Positions 44,037-54,694 of a DNA stretch of 64,000 bases are shown here, one piece after another. Both the position numbers and the translations under genes were made by a program. Each line of letters begins with the position of its first letter. Positions within the stretch are counted from its first letter, which is position 1. A model generated the notes under the pieces. The model ran no database searches. It was not told the origin of the DNA and saw nothing but the letters and a program-made list of their open reading frames with translations. The stretch is from the NCBI GenBank assembly GCA_025558095.1, contig JAIVFI010000037.1, forward strand, positions 467,648-531,647, written 5' to 3'. This DNA is from Hyaloraphidium curvatum SAG 235-1. Lineage: Eukaryota > Fungi > Monoblepharomycota.

Positions 44037-44632
44037 CGCTGTTCGGTTTCAGGGCGCGTCGGAGGTCGGTGGCCGAACGGGAATAGGCGAAACGTCGATC
44101 GGGGTCCGCGGGGACGTTCTGGGCGTTCCGTCATCACGGCCGGACCCTTCGGGACCCACCTTCGGCGTGTACGGGCGGGGCCAGTCTTCCCCCCCGACGC
44201 AAAACCAGGTCATCGGAGTCATCCGATGCAGCTTGCAGCCCGGCGCGATGCAGGTTGGGGCATCACGGTCGCCCCGACAGGCGTACCCCGGCCGCATGGG
44301 ACGCGGTGGGACGCCGGGGCCCGAAACCCAAACCCAAAACGTCGGGACCTCGACCTCGCCACCACGACCTGGCCACCGGAACCGGAGCTTTGGTGCCGTG
44401 CAGAGCCGGCGACACGGATGACCATGGATTGAATCTAGAACTGTCCTACACACAACACGCCCCCCCGACGCGCCCCAAAGTGCCCCCCCTTCTCCGACCG
44501 TGCAGCAACAACAGCCCCCACCCGGGGCCTAGCAATCGCTTCCTCCGACCGAGTTCGAGCGCAATGACAGGCTCCCCGACAGAGTGTTCCCTAGAGCAAC
44601 GCTCGTGGGGTCCATGGTCCGGCGTCGCGGCG

Positions 44633-45007
44633 TCATGCGAGGACCACATCTACGACCGGCACCCCCGGCCCGCCAAACAGAACGAACCCCCCTGCGCCGT
44701 CTGCCATCCACGCCGAAGGGAGGTCCCAGTGGGCCACATGGGGCTGTTCCGTCCGGGGAGGCCGCGGCGAGGAGCGGCGGTCGGCGTACTCGTCCGCGGA
44801 GTAGGTGGGGTAAACCTCGACCTCGGGCGAGAAGCGCACCGACTTGCGGGTGCCGCTCGAGGCGTCCGATGCGGAGCGGCGGCGCGGCGCGGGGTCCGCG
44901 GGCGTGGGCGCGGGCGCGGGCGCAGCGCCGAGTTCGAGGAGGCACGGGAAGCAGGCGCCGTCCTCGACCGGCGAGTGCGGGCACGGCGGGGTGGGCATGG
45001 AGTCCAT
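44633..45007 (-). CDS. Small CxH-x7-CxxC protein with a PP1-docking motif, copy B
   Basis: PCPHSPVEDGACFPCLLE ... RKSVRFSPEVEVYPTYSADEYADRR. Confidence 0.65.
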   Translation of the reverse strand: MDSMPTPPCPHSPVEDGACFPCLLELGAAPAPAPTPADPAPRRRSASDASSGTRKSVRFSPEVEVYPTYSADEYADRRSSPRPPRTEQPHVAHWDLPSAWMADGAGGFVLFGGPGVPVVDVVLA

Positions 45008-45561
45008 TGCAGGTCCGGTGTTCCGGCAAGCTGTTGGTTCCGAGATTTGGTCGGCGGGCTCGCGGAGCCGCGGAACGGAGCAGTCCGTCCGTTCTCCGCC
45101 GGCCAGGTTCGGGTTGCGGGTCCAGGCCCTAGATTCCCGCCACACGCCGACGCTCCGCCATCCCGCCGGAGCACATCACGCAACATACGGCACCAAATTC
45201 ATCAAACGATCGCCCCGACTTGGTTTTCGGGGCGGTCGGTGCCGCTCAGGCGCGGCGTCGTGCGACAGCGGCGGCGCAGAGGGCGTCCCAAGCGGCCGGC
45301 GGACAAGGCCGGCGGACGAACCACGGCCGGATCGATCCGGGAGGTTCCCGACCGGAAACCAGCTCACAGCACAGCGTCGGACCCTGGGATGAGATCGAAC
45401 AGGTTGCAGGGCCCGCGAGACGACGCGGTGATGGGCACGGCGTTGTGCTTCCGGGCCTCTTCGCGGCGGATATGACCGAGTTGATTGGCGAGGGCTTAAC
45501 CTCCGGTGTGGTCGCAAGTGCAATATGGTATCCAAACAAATTGACAAAAGTACAAAAGGTA

Positions 45562-47617
45562 TCATCCTCGTGCCCCATTTCTCGCCCCTTCCTGGCCCTC
45601 GGCGATCCCGGTTACCCCGATCTCCTGTCCCGGCCCCGCCCGCCTCGCCCCACCCGAGAGCAGCACGTCCTGGAAGTACCTCGCCCCGTGGCCGTCCTCC
45701 GCCGGCGCGTCCTCGAGCAGCACCGAATCCCCCTCCTCGAGCTCCTCCAGACCGCCGAGGTCCGCGCGCCCCGGCCGGATGCCGGCGGCGGCCATCTCGG
45801 CGCCGAACGCCCGCGCGACCTTTCGCGCTGCGAAATTCCGGAGGGATCAGACCGGCGAGCGGCACATCGGGCGCCCGTGCACCCACGCGAAAGCCCGTAT
45901 ATCCTCCCCAGCCGGTCCAGCGCGTGCCCCATCACCCGCACGCCCCACTCCAACTCTCCCCTCCTCTTGCCCCCTTCGCCCTCCCCCTCCTTCGGCCTGC
46001 CCTCTGCCCGCAGCTCCTCCAGCATAATCTTCCCCACGACGAAGCACGGGGCCATCAGGAGGTGGTGCCCCCATTCCACCTGCGGGTCCGCGGCACGAGG
46101 CCGGCCAGCAGCCGCGCGTGGCGAAGACATCGCGCGGCTGCGGCCGATCGGAACCCGCCGTCACGGAGCACCTCGATCGGGTGGGTGAACCCGAACAGGA
46201 CCAGCTGCAGCGCCGCGAGCGCGTGCGCCCGCGAGGGAAAGTACCGATGCGAGAGCGCCAGCAACGCGCCGGGGTCCCCCGCGGCGAGCGGGATCCCGAT
46301 CTCCGGGGGCAACGCGGCCATCGCGCCGTCCGCCGCAGCGGCGTACTGCGCCACCGCATGCTGCTGCTTGGCCGAGAGGTGCAGGCCGCCCTCCATGCCG
46401 CGGGCGACGGCGATCCGCACGTGGCGGAGGTAGTGCGCGAGGAGAAAGGCGGAGAGGTGGGAGCAGCCCGTGCCGGCGATCCCCGCGGCGAGGGTGCGCA
46501 CGGTGCCGGCGATGCCGGGCCAGTCGGAGGCGCCGAAGGGCACGCTGGGCTCGCCGTCGGCGTCCACCCGCGAGCGTTGCACGAGGTAGGCGGAGGCGAC
46601 ATCGGGGTCGTCGAAGATCGAGTCGTGGCAGGGGAGGGGGTATACGTTGCGGTGGAAGTAATGTCCAAAAGTCGGCCGTTTCGCGTGGTAGGCTGCGCCG
46701 AGGTCGAACGCGGCGACGAGGGCGCGGAGCCGGCACACCATCTCGCGGCGCACCCAGGAATCCGCGTCGTCCGGGAACACGGGCGGCAGCGACGCGTAGA
46801 GCTCGTCACACAGGATCGCGCACCGCCTCAGGAGGGGAAGCATCCTCCCCGGCACCCCGGCGACGAACAGCGCCTCGAGGATCAGCGCCGACGCCTGCGC
46901 GGCCTCGAGATCCGGCGCGCCCTGCGCGATGAGCAGGTCGCGGGCACGGTTGGTGCAGAACCTCGCGTAGGCGAACCGGTCCGGCTCGGGGATGTCGTGC
47001 AGGTAGATGGTCCCGACGGCGGCGGCGGCGTAGACGAGCGCGAGGGGCCGGCGGCCGCCGTACACGGGGTGGCCGACGCGGAAGGCGCGCTGGAACGTCG
47101 GCTGGTGCACGACTGGGATCAGCGGGTGGAAGCGCGAGAAGAAGCACGAGATGGCGGGGAAGAGCAGGTCGGCGGCCGGGACGGGGCCGACCTCGGCGAG
47201 GGGATATGGCGGCGGCTCGAACAGCGCGCCGTCGGAGAGGTCCGACAGGTCACGGGCCCACTGCGTCCAGTGCAGCCCGAAGCCCGCGGGCAGTGTCTCG
47301 GTGCCCAATAAATCGAGCAGCGGGTGCCGCTTCCGCAGGCCGGCGACCGTGCCCGGCTCCGACTTGGGCGAGTTTGTCGCGGTGTCGTCGTCGGATTCCT
47401 CGCGCGAGGCGTGGCGCCGGGCCGCGGCGGCGGGGGGCAGCGAGCCCGTCCGCCACAGCGGAGCCTCGGCCGGGCGTGGCGGCGCCGGCGGGGCGGCACT
47501 CTCGCCATCCCCGCGATCAGCAGCCACCCGCCCGGTCAGCTGCAGGGCCGCGGCCGCCCGCACGAGGGCGCCCCAGTCGGCCCCCTCCGATCCCTCGTCG
47601 TCCCCTGCCGGCCCCAT
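45562..47617 (-). CDS. Fungal-specific transcription factor (MHR / Fungal_trans domain); no Zn2Cys6 cluster seen; apparent 1-nt frameshift near 46094
   Basis: AISCFFSRFHPLIPVVHQPTF, LVYAAAAVG, LEAAQA.L, WVRREM..RL, LPCHDSIF. The C-terminal ADPQVEWGHHLL..F frame needs one extra G. Confidence 0.75.
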
Positions 47618-48313
47618 CGGGCCCCTCGCAGCACACGGCCTCAGGCTCAGCGTCGACACCGCCGACGTCCCATTGCCCGGGGAAGGCGGGGCAGCTGGGT
47701 CCCGCCGGGTTCAGGGCTCCGCCGAATGGGGGTATGGCGGCCGGGCGGGGTCGCCGATCGCGATGACGGAACTGGGGATAGGGGATCGGAACTGCAGGGG
47801 CATGCGCATCCTGCTGCGGACACTATGGGCGGAAATCGTCGGCAGCAATGCGCCTCTGCGACATCCGCGGCATGGGAGGCGTCCTCGCGTCCCCGTGGCC
47901 CTGTCCGACTCCCACGGTCACGTCGCACACGCCCGAGGATGGGAAAGCAGCACAGAGGCGCGCGCTAGAGAGCGTCCCTAGCATCTGGCATCGGCTGAGC
48001 ATGGATGCTCCGGGCATCCCCGAGGCCTCCGCCCCGACACCGTCTCCCACGATGCCCCCCGGCCGGCGCGGCCGCCGCCCACCACCGCGAGTGCCGAGTG
48101 GCCGCCATCCCGGCCGCGCAATCTGCTGTGTGCAGAGAGCTATTCCCGTGCTTTGCTGTGCCGATCATGCACCTTCGGAGTGTCCGCCATGCCGCCATAA
48201 ACGAGCGGCCGACGGGTGCCTCTCGCGCCATCGCACTACAACACCGCCGCGACCGCTCCGCCGTCCGCCTTCCTGCTACCGCCCCCTAAACCCCCGCGAC
48301 CGCGTAACGTTCC

Positions 48314-49800
48314 ATGTCCGTCTCGCCCGCGACCGCGTCGGCGCCTCCGCCGCCCGCGGCGAACCGGTTCGTCGACGCCGACGGCCTCGAGTGGGCCCCG
48401 GTCCCGGTGATCGACCTCTCGCGCGTGACGGCGGGCGCGGCGTCCCCGGCGGAGGAGCGCGCGATCTCGAAGCAGCTCGTGGACGCGGCACGGACCGAGG
48501 GGTTCTTTGTGGTGACGGGCCACGGGGTGCCGCGGGAGGAGGTGCGGGAGATGTACCGGCTCGTGGGTGGCGGCCGTTTGGTGGCCCGATGGCGGCCTTG
48601 CCTTACCTCGCTCCCTCCTCTTCATCGCGCTCGCCGCTCCAGAACGAGGAATGGGCCGCCATGCCGAGGGGTATGCCGTGTCCCGCGGCTCCCTCGTCCG
48701 GCCGACGTCCCGATCGCGCCCCGCCCCTTCCCCCGCAGACGAGAAGCTCAGGTTCAAGGCCAACCCCGCCGAAAACTACTGGGGCTACGTTCCCAACGGG
48801 ATGAAGCAGGGCTGGCGCGGCCGCAGCGAGATGTACAACTGGCCGCCCTTCTCCGCCGCGCACGCCGGCGACGCGCACCTCTGGAAGGACAGGGCGGACA
48901 GGGCACGGTTTTTGGAGGGATTCTCGAGGAGGGCACACGAGCTGGGGAACAGGATCCTGGAGCTCGTGGCGCTGGAGCTCGAGATTCCCGAGGCGGAAGG
49001 GGGAGGAGGTGGTTCAGGGAGAGGCACCGCTACGACAGGGCGAACCGCTGCATGATGCGGCTCATGTGGGTCCCTGCGCGGTGTCTAAACGGACGCCTTC
49101 GGACCGCCCATCCTCGGCCCCTTCGCGGCACGGCAGGCGCTACCACAAGCTCAAGGACTACGGCGACGAGATCCCCGGCCACACCGACTTCAACAGCCTC
49201 ACCATGCTCTTTTCGCCGAGCATCGCCGCGCTGCAGGTGCTCTGCCGGGACAACCGGTGGCGCTTCGTCAAGCCGCTCGAGGACGCGGTGATCTGCAACC
49301 GAGTGGGTCGCGCGGGCATCCCGCGCACGGCACGGGGGGCTGACGCCCGACGTCCCCGCAGCACGCTGCAGTTCTGGACAGACGGCTACCTCAAGTCGAC
49401 GCAGCACCGCGTGGTCAGCGCGCGCTTCGAGCACGAGCGGGACATCGAGCGGCCCAACGTCATCGTGGGTCGCTGCCAGGCGGCTCCCTCGACTACAGTT
49501 GCTGATCCCTCCGCGACGCATAGTACTTCCTCTACGCCAACGACGACGTCCCGCTCCTCCCCCTCCCGAGCCCTTACGTCCCCAAGAAGCCCCCGAAGGA
49601 GGGCAAGGTACTCACTGCCGGTACGTCTCTTCCCCCTCCCCGGCCGCGCTCGCGCTGACGCCGCCCGCGAAGGGGAATGGGACCGCCTCCGCGTCGCGCA
49701 CAGCTTCAGCCAGACGGCGACGGACCACGGGGCCAGCCCGTTCCAGGACGCGATCGACGGGGCGGCGGGGCAGAGCGGGAGGGTGAGGGCGGCGCTGTGA
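48314..49800 (+). CDS. 2-oxoglutarate/Fe(II) dioxygenase (DIOX_N + 2OG-FeII_Oxy) with two apparent small deletions
   Basis: VPVIDLS, GFFVVTGHGV, GHTDFNSLTMLF, ALQV, LKSTQHRVV. Frameshift at the G5 run 48999-49003 and a defective N(IA)D junction near 49300. Confidence 0.8.
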
Positions 49801-49939
49801 GGCGCGCTCGGCGCAGGTCAAGATGGGCGGTGTAGTCGCATCGTTCGAAAGATGTTTCCTAGAAGATCAATCTGGATGTTCAGGATCGTGTCTTGGAAGA
49901 GCTGCGCCAGTCCCGGCTTCCCCGTCCCGAAGAGTCCGA

Positions 49940-50641
49940 TCACACACCGCTCGCATCCCTTCCGCCCCGCATGTGCGTCAGGCAGTAAGCAACATCGTCG
50001 CCAGCGTGCACCAGCTGGCTCCTGATCACGCTCCCCGCGCAGCCCCCGGCCGCGCAGCGTCGCACCCGGAGCCCGATCATCCCCGGCAGCCTGTACGGCC
50101 CGCAGGAGCGGCTCCGCCGGCCGGGGTATCCGAAGGTGGCGGTCTTTCCGCAGCCGTCATGCTCGCACCCGGGGCGCCTGTACTTGCGGCGGGATGCCCG
50201 CACCACGATCTGGACTTTGCGGGTCGGGGCGTCCTCGTCCTCGGGGAGCGACCTGCGTTTCTCCGAGGGTGCGGGACGACGTGCCGGACGCGGTCGAAGC
50301 TTGCGCGACGATGGGTCGGCGGTGGAGCGCTCGCGCGATGTCGTCGGCGACTGGAGCTCGGCTGCACCGGCAGAGGAGCTGGTGTGCGCGGGGCCGGGCC
50401 CATCCGAAATCGCGGACATAGTTTCGCGTCCTGCAGATAGGCACTTTGACACCGCCGGCTCGGAGTCCGGAAGAGGGCCGTCGTGCAGCTGGAGCTCTTC
50501 CCGGTGGTCGACAGGCGGCGGCAGCAGATAGGGGGCGTGTCGGACCAGGAGCTCGTCCGCAAGCCGCAGCACGTCCTCGATCTCCGAGTGCAGAAGTTCG
50601 TGGGGGCCAGTGATCGTATCGGTACTTGCCCTGGACCCCAT
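49940..50641 (-). CDS. EsV-1-7-like cysteine-repeat protein, copy 1
   Basis: CEHDGCGKTATFGYPGRRSRSCGPYRLPGM, then CAAGGC...YCLTH. Confidence 0.7.
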   Translation of the reverse strand: MGSRASTDTITGPHELLHSEIEDVLRLADELLVRHAPYLLPPPVDHREELQLHDGPLPDSEPAVSKCLSAGRETMSAISDGPGPAHTSSSAGAAELQSPTTSRERSTADPSSRKLRPRPARRPAPSEKRRSLPEDEDAPTRKVQIVVRASRRKYRRPGCEHDGCGKTATFGYPGRRSRSCGPYRLPGMIGLRVRRCAAGGCAGSVIRSQLVHAGDDVAYCLTHMRGGRDASGV

Positions 50642-50872
50642 TGTGGATCCGGCGGAGTGATGTTGCGACTGGTGACTGGGCGGTAGACTGAACGCCACGT
50701 GTCGATCCATTCACTTCCCCGCTTGCGCGACGATGGAACGAACATCCCCGCTTAAGCGGCGATCGGAAGGACATGTCGCCTGCCGCAATCTACTGATGTA
50801 GTTGATACTACCCGACCGAGAATCCAAGAAGCAAAACGTCTCCTCCTCCTACCCTCCGGCGATCCCGATCGA

Positions 50873-52045
50873 TCACTCGTCCCTCGCGGCCCCACGGCCC
50901 CGCACGTGCCCCAAGCAGTACGCCTGGTCGTCGTCGGAATGCGCCAGCTGGCTCCTGATCACGTAGCCGCTGCACCCCGCCGCCGCGCACCGCCGCACGC
51001 GGTGCCCCATCATGCCCGGCAGCATGTGCGTCCAGCAGAATCTGCTGCGCCTCCCCGCAGCGCCGTAGTTGGCCGACTTCTCGCACCCCTCGTGCTCGCA
51101 CCCGTGGCGCATGTACACCCGGCCGGTGCTCGAGACGGTGATCTGGCGCTTGGGGGCGGGCTCGTCGCCGCCCTCGGCGTACGTCGCGCGCTTCCTCTTC
51201 GGCGGCCCGGCCTTCGCCTTCTTCAGCTTCTGCAGTGCCTTAATGGCCGCTTCTGCTTGCGGCACTGCGTCGGAGAGGAAGAGATCGTCCGAATGCCCGG
51301 ATTCGGAACTGCCCGGGCTCTCCAGATCCGAGCCGCCATCCGAAGCGCTGGCCTCCGACTCGGAAGATTGCCCCCACGTCCGCTGCGCCCTCCCGGCTTC
51401 GCCCTTCCGGGCACGCCGCGCGCGCTTGTCCGCGTTGCGGTGGTTCACCATCCCCTCGAGCCTGTGCGCGGCGCACAGGCGGTATGCCCTCCTGGAAGGG
51501 TAGTCGAAGCTCGGGGAGGTGCGGCAGCCGGGGTGCGCGCAGAGGGAGCGGAAGCGGGGTCCGTCGAGGCCTGGCTCGGGCGGTGTGCCCGGGGATGCGC
51601 GGGGGATGGGCTCCGGAGACGGGGAGAGATACGACGATTCCGACGATGAGTCCGACTCGACGTCCACAGTGCGAGCCGGGGTGTCGCGGGCCTGCGGCGG
51701 CTTCGATGGCCGCGCGCCGAGGCCGGAAAGCATCGCGGTCACTGTGTCGCGGAGCGGCGCCCAAGCGGGAACGGGAACCGTCGGGGTCTCACGGACGGTG
51801 GCAGGGCCCGTCGCAATAGGGCGTTGCTCCTCCGGTGCAATGTCGACCACCGTCGTCGCCGAGCGCGACAGCACGGGGTGGTGCCGTGCGGAGAGCGGTG
51901 ACAGAGCCTCGGGCGACGGGCGGGCCAGCAGCTCGTCCGCCCGCCGCAGCACCTCGTCGACTTCAGCTTCATCGAATATCGACGCGCCCAAGGGAGCTGC
52001 CCCGATGAGCCCCATGGGGAGCCCGGCGGGGACTGTGGAGGCCAT
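50873..52045 (-). CDS. EsV-1-7-like cysteine-repeat protein, copy 2
   Basis: CAHPGCRTSPSFDYP..LCAAHRLEGMVN; CEHEGCEKSANYGAAG..FCWTHMLPGM; CAAAGC..YCLGH; NLS-like PPKRKR. Confidence 0.75.
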   Translation of the reverse strand: MASTVPAGLPMGLIGAAPLGASIFDEAEVDEVLRRADELLARPSPEALSPLSARHHPVLSRSATTVVDIAPEEQRPIATGPATVRETPTVPVPAWAPLRDTVTAMLSGLGARPSKPPQARDTPARTVDVESDSSSESSYLSPSPEPIPRASPGTPPEPGLDGPRFRSLCAHPGCRTSPSFDYPSRRAYRLCAAHRLEGMVNHRNADKRARRARKGEAGRAQRTWGQSSESEASASDGGSDLESPGSSESGHSDDLFLSDAVPQAEAAIKALQKLKKAKAGPPKRKRATYAEGGDEPAPKRQITVSSTGRVYMRHGCEHEGCEKSANYGAAGRRSRFCWTHMLPGMMGHRVRRCAAAGCSGYVIRSQLAHSDDDQAYCLGHVRGRGAARDE

Positions 52046-52251
52046 GTTGGGGTGACGGGGCGGTCGCACGGAAAGCCACGTGGCCCTCCGTCGGTATCAT
52101 TTTCATCGCGTACCTGGTCGCTGTTCAGTCTCTCGCAATGAAAACCGGCTCTTTGAAAGGCGTAGTCCCTATATACGAGCCTGGGAGCCGCTAGCCGTGC
52201 CGCAGGTTGATCCGATCCTCGCCGGTGCCGCCGCACCCCCTTCGCGTCTCC

Positions 52252-52752
52252 TCAATCTCCCCTTTCAGTCCTCGAGTCCACGAGCTCCACTAATGCAGCC
52301 GCGTGTTCCGCCATGAGCCACTGTAGGCCGTCCGCCAGTGCCCTCGCCTGCGCCTCCAGCGCCGACGCCTGTTCCTTGGCCCGAAGCCGGGTGCGGCGCA
52401 TCGATTCCGTGGCCAGCTGCCTTTTGCGCTGCTTCTTGGAAAGCTTTTGCTGCTTAGGGTTAGGTTGCTGCTGGAAGCTCCGCAGGGGCCGGGGGCGGGG
52501 CGCGACGCTTCTGCGGAGCGCTCTTCTTGGCGGGGTGCGAAGGAGACGGCCCGCCGGTCCCAAGAGGCTGCGCGCTTCGACGGCCGGCACGTCGATGAAG
52601 GAGGGCAATTCCGGCTGCGAGTGTCCGATGGCAGGAAGAGCGGCCGGGGGAGGGAACTGCATGGCGGGCGCCTTGGCGTAGTAGGCGGGAGCGGCGGCTC
52701 GGGAAGGAACAGGGGACCCGGAGAGGACGCTGGAGGCCGCATTGGTAGGCAT
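52252..52752 (-). CDS. Small bZIP-like transcription factor
   Basis: Basic region KKQRKRQLATESMRRTRLRAK followed by a heptad zipper (LEAQARALADGLQWL). Confidence 0.6.
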   Translation of the reverse strand: MPTNAASSVLSGSPVPSRAAAPAYYAKAPAMQFPPPAALPAIGHSQPELPSFIDVPAVEARSLLGPAGRLLRTPPRRALRRSVAPRPRPLRSFQQQPNPKQQKLSKKQRKRQLATESMRRTRLRAKEQASALEAQARALADGLQWLMAEHAAALVELVDSRTERGD

Positions 52753-52997
52753 CGTTGGGGAAGACGAGGGAGTGGTGTGCGGGGGACGAGTGTCGCGGAG
52801 GTCGGCCGGGGCCACGTGGCGGTTTGGCGGGAAGCCACCCGCCACCGTGCAGTCGCTTCCCCAACGAGAAGGAATCGCGAGCCCCCGTGCCCATCTTTGA
52901 CTACAAAGCGGAACAGGCAACGGAGTGAACTGCATTTGACCCGGCAAACTACAGTAAATGTCTGTTCCTTCGCTCCTCGGATCGGAATCGCGCGGCC

Positions 52998-54461
52998 TCA
53001 CCCCGGACACGCGATCTCCATGGTGACAAACACCCCCCCGGCCCGCAGGACCGAGTAGAGCCCGACCAGCAGTGTGGCAGCCGTGATCACGAGCCCGCGC
53101 ACCGTTGCCCCGGTGATCGGGAACCCCAGGAACGCGGCGCGGTTCTCCTCCGCCTCGAGCATCGTCGCCATCTCCTACCTGTGCGCGTCCAGGACCGTGA
53201 GCACCGCCGCGCGGTCCGCGGCGGGGGCGGGGGAGCTGGCTAACCTGCGCGCGGCGGCGCGGAGCCGCGCGCGGGCGAGGCGCACCGTGCGCGCGAGGAC
53301 GGTGACCTCGCGGTTGGCGTAGGCGACGGTGACGAGGTGGTGCAGGACGTTGAGGAGGGCGAGGACTACGGCGAGGGAGGTGAAGGTGATGCAGGAGCCG
53401 ACGGCGAGGTTGCCGACAATGGCAGGGAGCTCGAAGAGCATGCCGACGGCGAACCACCGGATGAAGGCGTTCGACGTGGCCATGGAGTGCTTCCACATGA
53501 GGGAGAAGCGCGCGTGGAGCTCGCTGTAGTCGTCCCCGTTCGGGAGTTTCGCCGCCGGGTCCGGGCCCGCGTCGCCGCGCTGCAGGTCGGCGGCCACGCG
53601 CTCGCAAGCATCTACGGCAGAGCCCAGGAGAAGTTGCAACGCCCTATTGTGCAGCCTCGTCTGAAGGGTCAGGGTCGGCGGGTTGGTCGCCGTATCCTCG
53701 AGACCCTTGAAGAGGTGAGCGGCTGCGACGAGGGTCACGCTGGTCGCGACAAATGCGGCACACAGGAACGCGCTCCAAGCATGCGACCAAGTGTCAGATG
53801 CGAGGGTGTAGAAGGCGGTGTATGACATGCCGAAGCACCACCGCACGACCAGCAGGACGAACGGCGTCGCAACGCGCAGCGCTGCGGCAAGGTCCGCACC
53901 GGAGCCCAGCAGCGGCGCGGCACACCCTGGCAGGGGGCACGGGCAGAAGGGATCGCCCGCGATGTGCTCCAGGAGGCGAGAAGGGGCGGCGGCTTGTAAC
54001 GCCTCCAGCTCTCTGTAGCGAATGATCCCGGCGGCGCCGCCGAAGTCACCTGGCGAGTCCGCTGCTGCAGCGGGCCGCGTGCCCAGAGCGCCGGGCACTA
54101 CGAGGGCGTAGTGAACGGGCAGCAGCAGCAGCCCGCCGGCCCGGAACACGGTGGCGACGACCAACTGGCGCAGCTGAAACAGCGAGCCGAACCCGAACGC
54201 CCACGCCGGCGCATACAGCGCGGCCATTGACGTATTCCACAGCGTGTATACGACGAAAAACGTGCCGCGAGGGGGTACCGTCCGCCAAAACGCGTAGAGG
54301 CGGGCCTGAAAGCGCAGGAACGGGGGGAGGAGCGCGGCCGCCGCGGCGAGCCCCGAGTGGGTCAGCGGCTCCGGGTCCGCGGCCCCGCCCAGCGCTGCGC
54401 CGTATCGCGGGAAGAGAGCCGCGTACTCGGCCGCAGAGAACCCCAGGAGCTCGTTGCCCAT
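52998..54461 (-). pseudogene. 7-TM membrane protein, paralog 3, interrupted by an in-frame TAG at 53175-53177
   Basis: All family motifs are present. After the TAG the same frame continues EMATMLEAEENRAAFLGFPITGATVRGLVITAATLLVGLYSVLRAGGVFVTMEIACPG*, which aligns with TM7 of the paralogs. Confidence 0.75.
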
Positions 54462-54694
54462 CGTGCTCCTGCTACGGCGACTGCCTCAGGACCACGGGGA
54501 AAGCCCTTCTCTGCTCCCCGACCAGCGCCTGACCCGCGATCGGCCAGGATCATCTGAGTGCCCTATTACGCCAACGAAGATACACTGGAATCGCGCAGAT
54601 TGCGAGCGAGGGATAGGAGCCCGCACCATCCGTGCCGGGATTCCGCTCGCCCGATTGCACGGGACATTCAGGTCCCCCCTCTCGAGCCCGCACT

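Noticed and set aside
47620-48300. Missing Zn2Cys6 exon upstream of the MHR factor
   Set aside because: No CxxC-x6-C pattern could be found by eye on the minus strand.
53175-53177. TAG reassignment (alternative genetic code)
   Set aside because: TAG ends several genes at their expected C-termini (NOX ETF*, GH16, paralog 2), and only one internal TAG was seen.
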